NCBI GenBank assembly: GCA_013265495.1
Contig: MU058584.1
Span: forward strand, 3,166,508 to 3,230,507
Length of the DNA stretch: 64,000 nt
Reading direction: 5' to 3'
From: Vicugna vicugna
Taxonomy: Eukaryota
Shown: piece after piece, positions 54,476 to 64,000 of the stretch
How the letters are laid out: each line of letters starts with the position of its first letter
How positions within the stretch are numbered: position 1 is the first letter of the stretch
Translations under genes and position numbers: made by a program
Notes under the pieces: generated by a model
Database searches by the model: none
What the model was told of the DNA's origin: nothing
The model's input: only the letters and a program-made list of their open reading frames with translations

Positions 54476-55696
54476 TAAATGAAATTTCTCCTAATCTTTT
54501 CATTCAACAACCGTGAATCTAGTCTCTGCTGTACGTCTGTCACTGAAATACATTACTTTGTTTCAAAATTCAATTGACTTCTGTGAGGTGGATTATATTA
54601 CCCCACTTTCCATAGAGGGAGCCGAGGTTTAGGAGAGGTTAAGTAAATTACGCCGAGTCAGCAATGCATGGAAATGCTGGAATTGGTGTCCGTGTTTTCT
54701 CCATCGCAGAGTTTAAACACCCTGCTGCCGCCTCTGTCCTGCTGTCCCAACGGCTGAACTCTGGCCTCCCAGCCTCCCCGACCTGGATATCTGTGCAAGC
54801 GCTCCTACTGCTTTCTGCTAAGCTAGTCCCCGCGAGGTCCCTGCGCCCCTGACCAGGAAACGATTATCTCGGCCACCTGGCCTGGGGCCTCGTGTATAGC
54901 ATCCCCGCTTAGGACAGCATCCATCATATCTGCATTTAAAGGCCCTCATCACTGACGCCTCCGACTCCAGCAGCAGCTTTTTGTGTGTGTGTGTGTGTGG
55001 GGGGTATTTCTTTTTTTTTTTCTTTTTCAACTTTATTTTTATTTTAAAAAGTTTTGGGGGAAGGGAATTAGGTTTATTTATTTACTTACTAATGGAGGTA
55101 CTGAGGATTGAACCTGGGACCTTGTGCACTCTGAGTCATACCCTACCCCCAAACCCCCTTTTTTTCTTTCTTGAGGTGCACAGTGTTGTGTTAGTTTCTG
55201 GTGTAAGCATACTGACTCAGTGATACTTATGTATTCGTTTCCATGTTCTTTGTCATTATAGGTTATTACAGGATACTGAATATAGTTCCCTGTGCTGTAC
55301 AGCAGGACCTTGCTGTTTACCTATGTTATATATAGTAGTTTGTATCTGCTAATCCCAAACTCCCCACTTATCCCTCTCCTACCCACCCCAACCAACATGG
55401 ATGGACGTAGAGATTCTCAGACTAAGTGAAGTAAGTCATGGAGAAAGGCAAATATGATATCACTGTGGATATACGCGGAATGTAAAAAAGTGACACTAAT
55501 GAACTTAATTATAAAACAGAAACACACTCATAGAATCCGCAGTTCTTTCCACTGGCTCTGTGGCTTGGCCCCAGTCTCCCTTCAGTGGCTCCTCGAAACT
55601 CACAGCAGCTGAGAGGGGAGGGGTCTTCTCTAGACTGTTTCCAACCAGCAGTCCTCTGGTCAGGCCTGCCAGGGAAGGAGAGCGGGGCCCTGAGCG

Positions 55697-56365
55697 ATGC
55701 TGCCTGGGGAAGCCAGGACCTGATACTGTCCTGAGTGAAAGGACAGAAGACTAAGGTTTGCCAGGAGGAGAGCGGACCACAGAATCCTGTATTAAGGATT
55801 TGGCTGAGACACGATCAGGGGTGAAGGGGACAGCCCATGGGTTAGAGCTGGTGTTACTCAGGGCTTTGGAAGAACCTGAACTAGCTATTTTCTCGGCAAA
55901 GTTTACGCTTAAAAAAATTTTTTTCCTTATATAGACTCTTCTTTTTTCCACCGTTTTAAACTGAAATAAAGCAGTTTTTTTTTAAAGTCTTCTTTTTTTA
56001 ATGGAGGTACAGGGGATTGAATCCAGGACCAAATGCTGCCTGGGGAAGCCAGGACCTGATCCTGTCCTGAGTGAAAGGACAGAAGGCTAAGGTTTGCCAG
56101 GAGGAGAGCGGATCACAGAATCCTGTATTAAGAATTTGGCTGAGACACGATCAGGGGTGAAGGGGACAGCCCATGGGTTAGAGCTGGTGTTACTCAGGGC
56201 TTTGGAAGAACCCGAACTAGTTATTTTCTCGGCAAAGTTTACGCTTAAAAAAGTTTTTTTCCTTATATAGACTCTTCTTTTTTCCACCTTTTTAAACTGA
56301 AATAAAGCAGTTTTTTTTTAAGTCTTCTTTTTTTAATGGAGGTACAGGGGATTGAATCCAGGACC
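55697..56365 (+). repeat. Tandem duplication, 2 x about 335 bp
   Basis: atgctgcctggggaagccagg...atccaggacc at 55697-56030 and 56033-56365. Confidence 0.95.
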
Positions 56366-57021
56366 TTATGTATGCTAAGCCACTGAGCTACACCATCCCC
56401 TTTTAGTTTTTTGTTTTTGTACCAGAACATAGACTGGGGGCGAGGTGGGGGAATGGAGGCTGTGTCCTATTGTCCAGTTGACACACCGGAGTCTTTTTAT
56501 TTTATTTTATTTTTGCCGTCACTATATTGTTTCCAACACATTCTCACAAAATTAGACTCTCAGCTTGGAGAATATGGTTGAATCTATTCAAGGACTCTGT
56601 CCAGGGCTATTGATTTACGAACTAGTTATTTTCTCGGCAAAGTTTACGCTTAAAAAAGTTTTTTTCCTTATATAGACTCTTCTTTTTTCCACCTTTTTAA
56701 ACTGAAATAAAGCAGTTTTTTTTTAAGTCTTCTTTTTTTAATGGAGGTACAGGGGATTGAATCCAGGACCTTATGTATGCTAAGCCACTGAGCTACACCA
56801 TCCCCTTTTAGTTTTTTGTTTTTGTACCAGAACATAGACTGGGGGCGAGGTGGGGGAATGGAGGCTGTGTCCTATTGTCCAGTTGACACACTGGAGTCTT
56901 TTTATTTTATTTTATTTTTGCCGTCGCTATATTGTTTCCAACACATTCTCACAAAATAAGACTCTCAGCTTGGAAAATATGGTTGAATCTATTCAAGGAC
57001 TCTGTCCAGGGCTATTGATTT
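56213..57021 (+). repeat. Tandem duplication, 2 x 404 bp (period 405)
   Basis: cgaactagttatt...gggctattgattt at 56213-56616 and 56618-57021. Confidence 0.95.
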
Positions 57022-58589
57022 GCTCCTAAAGGTTAGACTTGTCATTAAATCATATTTTCTTGAAGATGGGATGTGGGGAACCTCACTGACCTACAGTCTA
57101 TCCCGTATCCATGTCAACGAGCACAGGGAGGGGCTCCCTGGCCTGGGTGCAGGCGGCTCCCACGCTTGTCTCCAGAGTTTGCTGTAGAGTTGTCGCCTGT
57201 CTTTGGGTACCACTAAGGACGCTGCAAGGAGAGTGGCACAGAATGGAGAAGGGGTTGTGGCTGAGGAAAACAATCCTGGCAATGGTGTGCAGACCCAGCC
57301 AGAATGTGCCCACCAAGAGCCCTGGCCTCAGGTGTCCCGCAGTCCCGGGTGCAGATCTCAACTCCAGAAATCAGTCTGTGGAGTCAGAAGTCAGGATGGC
57401 GCTGAGCTTTGGGGAGGAGGGAGAGCAAGGGTTTGGGGATAGGGCCAGAGAGGGACTTCGCAAGGGTGAGATGCTGCTTCTTGACTTGGGTTGTGGTCAC
57501 AAGGTGTATTCTCTCTGTGATACTATATCTGGCTGTATGCTTAGAATTTGTAATTTTTTCTGTCTCTGGTATACATCAATAAAAATTTTAAACATTAGAT
57601 TTCATCTCTTACTAAATGATCTTGGTCAAGTCACTTAAGCTCTCTGAGCCTGTTTCCTCATCCCACAATGGGGCTGTGGCACCGCCTGCCTTCCGGAGCT
57701 GGGAGGACCAGGTGAGTGAATGATTTGAAGCTCTCAGTGTAGGGCTTGCTTGGAACATTGCTCAGTGGATATTAGTTGTTCTTACTGTAGCTCCTGATGT
57801 TCGGGCCACATCAGGTTCTCCCCACACGGGACTGCTTGGAGTTTACACCTTTCACACCGACACGCCTCTGCTCACACATTGTCATCCCCACATCCTGCTC
57901 AGGGCACACACTGAAGACCTTTTCCTGGTCTTTCCCCCTTACTCCCGGCTTCATCTTTCCCTCCTCCTCCTGTGTCCCCCAGCCCCTCTGCCCACCACCA
58001 GGCTAAGAGCATCGTGCCCTGTAAGGTACAGTGTAGTCCCCCAGCCAACACCTGGCAAGCAGGTGCTCAGGAACATGTATTGAAACGAAGCAGCACCAGC
58101 CTCTTGGGGGGGCAAACAGGGTGGCTCCCTGAACGGGAGGGATCTGAAGTGCCTCCCCTGGAGTTGTGCCTTTGTTCCACCATCTTGTGTTGAAGTGGCA
58201 TGCTGTGTTTCCACTACTGGGGAAATGTCATCTGAAAAATACATAGCACGCATTAGATGGTGCATCTGGCCTGCCATCTTGACATGGGGAGGAGCAGGGA
58301 ACCAAGGACGGCTGCGTGGCTGGTGTTGGGCCTCCAGCCAGACACCGTGTGTTATGCTTGTGTCACCAGAGCAGAGGTCCCGGCCAGGGTCAGGGGAGCT
58401 GCTTCCCGAGCGGGCTCAGTGCGCATTCCCTGGTCACCTCCCACAGCACACACTCACTCTCTCCTTTCTGCTCTGGGGCTCTGGCTTTCCTTTTCTGCTT
58501 CTGGGGATAAAAACTCACCTGTTGCCTTCGCAGGTGTGTTGTGAGAATCACAATCCTGTTGTCTCTACCTCCGCCATAGATCTCGAATC

Positions 58590-59295
58590 CAGCCACTTCC
58601 CGCCACCTCCACCGCTGACCCTGTACAAGCCACGACTGTCTGAGACACTCCAGCTTTATAACTGGATGAGGATTCTACTTCTGCCCTCGCCCTTTGCAGC
58701 CTGTTCTCCCCCAAACAGCCGTAGCCGCACTTAATGAATGTAAATCAAATCAAGCAGCCTCTTGTTCTATAATCCTCCAGGTTCCAACACATTTATGAAT
58801 AAACTCCAAAGTCTTTCCTGTGACCAACAAGGCTACACACTCCCCTCGCTTAGAGCCCCCAGTTCTAAGATCCCTCCACCCCCTCCTTCTTGCTCTATTG
58901 CAGCCATCACATCTTACTTGCTCGTCCCTGATCCCCGCCCTGCTCCCTTCTCAGGAACTTGGCATTGGCAGTTCCCTCTGCCTGGAATGCCCTTCCCCGA
59001 TACATTCTCTCTCTTCGTTGGCGTCTCTGCTGGACGCTCGGAGCAGCCATCCTTGACCATCTGCTTATCCTTTAACCCTGACTTAATTTTTCATGGAGAT
59101 TGTCTATGTCTGCACCTATATCCACCTACCTATCTTCCCTTCTATAGGTAATTCTTTCGGGTCTGTCCCCTCACTAGAATGTACGCTTTTGTGGGCAGGG
59201 ACTTTGGGCTGCTTCCGGCCATGTCCTCTGAGTTCAGCAGGTTGTCTAGCTTACTAACATGCTCAATACATATTCATCCAACGGGTGAATGGATG
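58590..59295 (+). mobile_element. L2 3' fragment
   Basis: cctggaatgcccttcccc...cactagaatgtacgc...ggcagggactttg...tgctcaatacatatt...tgaatggatga. Confidence 0.7.
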
Positions 59296-60802
59296 ACCCG
59301 GGGTAACACGTGGGGAATCACCCTGAAAAGTGGAAGTGTTACCGGTAGATTAAGACTGTTGTCTGCTGCCTCCACCTCCAGTGGCAGGAAAGCCGCTCAC
59401 CTGCTGGCTGGCGGTGCGAGCCTGGGATGCAGAATCAATGAACTTGGGTTCAGAACCCAGCCTTGCAACTTAGCTGTTGTGTGAGCTGACGCGAGCTTCC
59501 TCATCTCTGCGGGCCTCCGTAACAGGTGAGAGTCACACCAGCCTCAGGTCTCTTGAGTGATTTGGGGGATAAAAAGGGCACACCCCTTGGCCCAGGGTGC
59601 CACGCGCCAGCTCAGGAGGGACACATTAGGGGTACATTAGGAAGGACCACCAGCCACGAATGCAACCCACGTTCCCTAGTTCAGCTCTACCAATTAAACT
59701 GATTTAAAAAACCCACTGTTTCATTTTTGTCTTTTTTCTTAATTAGTTTGGAGCCCAGGAAGGGAGGACGGGGATATTATTTATTGGCCCCTGAATGACT
59801 GATCTCACTTAACCTTCACAAGAGCTCTGCTGGGAGATGGGAAGGTCTTAGTTTCACCACCCACCCCCCTTTCTCAGGTGAGTAAACTGAGGCTCAGAGA
59901 TGACGTGTCCTGAGTTAGTCCACACCATTAGCAAGAGGTGGAGCTGGGATCACACCTGCATAGCCGAGCTCTGAGCCCGAGGCCCTGTGTGTCTCACCAC
60001 CTGCACGTGTGGGTGAGCTGTGAGATGCCATGAGTCAGGGGAGGGGACGTGGAAGACATGACTAGCAAGTGTGCTCTGGAGCTGGTGGGAGCATGGTAGT
60101 CAGAGTCCCCGGGTCTGAGACACAGAAATCCAAGGCGGGTTTGGGGATGGGAGTGGGGTGAGGCAGGGTCTGGTGGCCCAGAATTAGGAGGAAGGCAGTG
60201 GCAGAAAGGGCGTTAGGGACCCCTCCAGAGCTGGGGAAGAGCCGAGGGGGCCCATTAGCCGGAGCCCTCGCCTGATTAGGAGCCCCAGCTGAGGCTAAGA
60301 TGCCCTGCTGAAAAGAGGCAGGCAGGGGGCCCTGAGCCCGCCCCATCACGAGGAAAGAAACTAGAAGCAGCCTTGGTGGGAAGGCTTAGGTAAGAAATAG
60401 AAAAATAGCACTTGGGGAATCAAAAACTTTTCTGGGTCTAGGAAAGGCCTTCTTCTCTCTCAGACATGTCGCCCTCTCTCCAGTGCAGCAAAGTGGGGAT
60501 GGCTGTTTCAGTGCCAGAGTCTGGAAGGCTGATGGCTTAAGCCACCACTCACCAGCTGCTGGGTGGAATGTTGCTTCAGCTGGCCAGCCTGGCTTCACTC
60601 AGCCCCCAGGATGGAGCCTGGAGAAGCGGCCCTCCAGTGGGGCAGCTGTCTTCAGTCAGAACTGGCTGGTTTGGACCACGTTGCTGTCAGATGAGGTGGC
60701 TGCCTGGGTCTGGACTGCGATTCCTGTTGGGGACGTCAGAACTGTTTTCATTCGCAGCATCGGCAGGGGCTGGGCCGCTTTCTCTAATCGCTTCGTCTTC
60801 AT

Positions 60803-61269
60803 TGTGAATGAAAACACTGCAAACCACATCAGCAAACAAAAAATGCTGAAACCATCAAGTCATCAGCCGCTGCCACCCCCCCCCCCCAGTGAAGCCAGGC
60901 CTGCAGCCTGGCCTCTGCCACCACCCACAGGGGACTCAGAATAAGAAAGGACAGGATACTGGCCCTAGAGAGCTAGGTGCTTGTCAAAGGAATGGATTCA
61001 ATGAGCCCAAATGTTTGCTTCCTCCCATACATAGAAAAGCACTAAATTCTTTAACTTGAGATGCCTGGTTTTCTTTAGGTAACAAGTAATCTTTTATTGT
61101 TCCGACTACCTGGTCTTTGTCCTAAAGCTCCTCTATATCCCAGCTCCTCCCCTACCTCTTCGGAGCAGCCCCTCAGAGCGATCTGAGGGGCTGTCATCCC
61201 TGCTCGAGTCCTCCCGCCAGATAAAAGGCAACTCTCAACTTCTAGGCTGAGCATTTACTTCCGTCGACA
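60803..61269 (+). mobile_element. Probable ERV solo LTR (ERV1-like)
   Basis: TGT...ACA termini, flanks tcat/ccat (near 4-bp TSD), internal ctatat TATA-like and gataaa polyA-like motifs. Confidence 0.55.
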
Positions 61270-63376
61270 CCATCCCACAGTCTCGGGCTTTGCGGGGCTG
61301 GGAGTGACAGCGAGGGAGTGGATCAGTGCAGATGTCAGGGGAGTCCTCGTGTCTCCAGGCTCCTCCACCCCGGATTTTATCAGCACGGGTTCTCCCACCT
61401 CCTGTGGGAAGTGATGGGCTTGTGATTTTAGACTCAGAAAATGCCGGCGGGTCTTTTGTCAGCTGTGGGGCCCTTGGGGAAGCTCCTTAAACGCTCTTAT
61501 CCACAGATGCTTCACTTGGAAAAATTTGTCTCAATAATGTCTACCTCTTAGGGTTACAGTGACCTATGCAGTCCCTCATAGATAAACAAATACCCTCCCA
61601 CCCATCTTATCTTTAGCTCCCTGCATTTTCCCACATCCACAGATTTCCACATCCATTATCCCCTTGGGTTAAGAAATCATCTCCAAGGGATTTGTAGAAA
61701 ATACTTAGATTTATGTTTAATGAATCAGGGTTGCAGGAGGGGCAACGCTGGTGAAGGTGCAACCACTGACTCAGGCCTCGGGATAGAGGACCACATCTAG
61801 TTAGCCTTAAACAGCAGGGAGTGGGGGCAGAGAGAAAAGGACACAAGCTGGGTAAGCATCAAAAGTGCGACTAGGAAGGCCTCGGCCCCTGGGAGAGGTC
61901 TCACCTTGGGAGGCGGTAACAGGGAGAAGCGGCCCAGGTGGGGCTCGAAAAAGGAGTCGTGATGGAGGACAGCAGGCAGGCTTAGGGCAGAGGTGGGCTG
62001 AAGGGTGTTGGCCCGTTGAGCTGAACCAGACGTGGGGCCTGCCGAGGTTCTGGACCATCCTGCTGTGTTGACAGTCTTCTAGAAGAAGCCTTTACCCAGA
62101 AGGCACTCTGGCTCTCGGCCGTCCTGGGGCAGGGCCTGGCAGTCCGCTGCAGGGCCAATCACTCACCCCTCCCGAGGGCCACTGTGTCCCCAGCGCCCAG
62201 CACTAAGCGGGGCCTGTCCCACATCGCTGCACAAGACCCAGGCCTGCCTCCAGGAGCTCCCTGCCCAACAGGAGCCTGTTTCGGACACCGGCCAGACTCC
62301 CCTCCTGCCTGGTCACACTGAACCACGTTGTCTCCTGCCATGTACTGTTCAAGGTGATGAAGTAGTCATGATGAAACCCTTAATATTTAAAGCTCTGGGA
62401 GCCACAGCCCTGCACCATATTGAGCTAAAGATAAGTCATCCCGCAGAAGGCCTCGCTGGCCTCCATTTTCTCTGCTTTGGCTGCCTTGCCTGTTGCAGCT
62501 TTTCTTTGTGAGCAGATTAGAGGCTGCACTTGACAGCTCTCTTAGGGGGAGGTGCCCCCGTCCATCTCCCTCGGGTAAATTCAGCAGAAAGTTTTGAGGG
62601 CCTACCGTGAGCCAGCAGGGCAGGGGTTTTGGTCTGTTTTGTTCACTGCTCTGGCCCGATGCTTAAAATGGCATATAGTAGGGGGCTGATCACGTGTCTC
62701 ACACTTGAATCTTCATCATAGCCCCATGGGGTACTTGTGTCATTCTCATTCACGGACTGTAAACCAAGGCTTCGAGAGGAGAAGTGTCTTGCCCAAGGTC
62801 ACACAGAGAAGTGGGCAAGTGAGGAGGTGAGAGCACGCATAGCCATTCCCAGGTCACCCTGATTAATTGGGATATTTTATTCTGGGCTGTTTTATGGGGG
62901 CAGGGCAAAGGGGTTGGGGTGGCTTGGTCGCACTCTGTGCTACCTCATGGGCCTGCCAAGACGTCATCCTAGATGGACAGCCAATGTTCACTGCTTATTA
63001 GCTGAATGCCATGGGTCTGACGTTTAATGGGTCACTTGTAAGCAACAAAAAAATGGAGGGGACAGTAAAACTGGGAGTAGGCTGTCCTCTCAATGCTTTG
63101 TTTTGAACTTCACAATGAGGACCGTCCTAGTTTCTCTTGAAAGTGGATTCATGTAAACATGAGACCAGATGTCTCAGGAAGAGCCTTCAGGATGGAGTGG
63201 ACCCCCCTCCACCCTCTTAATGCTGCCTAATCTTTGACTCTAACACCGTCACAGGCGAGCCATGCCTGTCCCTACCTTGGAATCCACAAGTTCTGACTGC
63301 GATGCTGCCTCCTGTGTGTGGGAAGTGGGAGAAGAAGGCATGCCAGAGATGCAAGGGTCTGAGCCATCACCAAGAC

Positions 63377-63965
63377 CAGTGGTTCCCTAAGTGCGACCCG
63401 GGACCAGTAGCACCAACATCACCTGGAAACATGTTCTAGATGCAGAGTCTCGGGTCCCACTCCAGACTCACTGAATCAGAAACTCTGGGGAAGGGGCCCA
63501 CAGTCAGTGTCTTAACAAGACTTCTAGGTGATTCTTACACTAAGCTTGGTCTGGACCACACTGATCTAGACCGGGGTTTCTCACCCGCAGCACTATTGGC
63601 ATTTGGGGCTGGATGATTCCTTGCAGCAGGGGCTGTCCCGTGCATTGTGGGATGTTTGGCAGTGTCCCTGGTCTTTCCCCACTAGATGCCAGCAGTACCT
63701 GCCTTCCAGTTGTGAGACCCAAATGTATCTCTAGACTTGGCCAAATGTCCCCTATGGGGCAAATTTGTCTCTACCTGAGAACTATGGATCCAGACCCTTG
63801 CTTCTCAAAATGTGATCCGTGGTCTGGTAGCATCAGCCTCAGCTAGGAACTTGTTATTAATGAAGGCTCTTAGGCCTCCCATAAAATCTGCTGAATCAGA
63901 TTCTGCGTTTTGACAAGGTCCTCAGGTGTGTGCCTGCAGTCAGAGACTGACGAGCACTGATCTAG
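63377..63965. mobile_element. Cluster of hAT MITEs: MER5A-like, MER20-like (about 63571-63788), MER5A-like
   Basis: ccagactcactgaatcagaaactctgggg (MER5A-like); gggctgtcccgtgcattgtgggatgtttggcagtgtccctgg...ccactagatgccagcag (MER20-like). Confidence 0.75.
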
Positions 63966-64000
63966 ACTGACCACCTTGTTGGACAAATGGGAAGATGGCC

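Larger units (their letters stand above)
51639..55918 (+). repeat. Tandem duplication, 2 x 2139 bp
   Basis: Identical ORFs recur at +2139 (52104/54243, 52525/54664, 53421/55560). Junction at 53778. Confidence 0.97.

Noticed and set aside
51639..57021. CRISPR-like array or duplicated gene
   Set aside because: Eukaryotic tandem duplications with no repeat-spacer structure; the repeated ORFs are non-coding by-products.
194..63846. The many 60-200 aa ORFs in the six-frame track, including 40242..40862 (206 aa), 57111..57638 and 58195..58734
   Set aside because: No recognisable protein similarity, many non-ATG starts, and they lie in introns, UTR or repeats. Only the UCK2 exon 4 segment and decayed L1 ORF2 pieces are meaningful.

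Overview
Mammalian genomic DNA, probably camelid (inferred from many tRNA-derived Vic-1-like SINEs plus artiodactyl-type L1 3' ends). It holds coding exons 2-7 of UCK2 (uridine-cytidine kinase 2) on the + strand (21741-37609). All introns are GT-AG, phases are consistent and the frame is intact; the 3' UTR runs about 3.7 kb to an AATAAA at 41325. Exon 1 lies upstream of the window, so 1-21740 is intron 1. After about 41.7 kb the sequence is repeat-rich intergenic DNA. Nearly all six-frame ORFs are spurious. The most unusual items are: (1) a TSD-flanked mosaic retro-insertion in intron 3 that joins a polyadenylated non-L1 (mRNA 3'-UTR-like) segment to scrambled L1 ORF2 pieces; (2) three overlapping tandem duplications of different apparent ages (2139, about 336 and 405 bp) at 51.6-57.0 kb, one of which doubles a CTCF-consensus site; (3) a 67-bp tandem duplication in the proximal 3' UTR. 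I see no evidence of a new protein-coding system. Repeat family names and boundaries are by eye and approximate.
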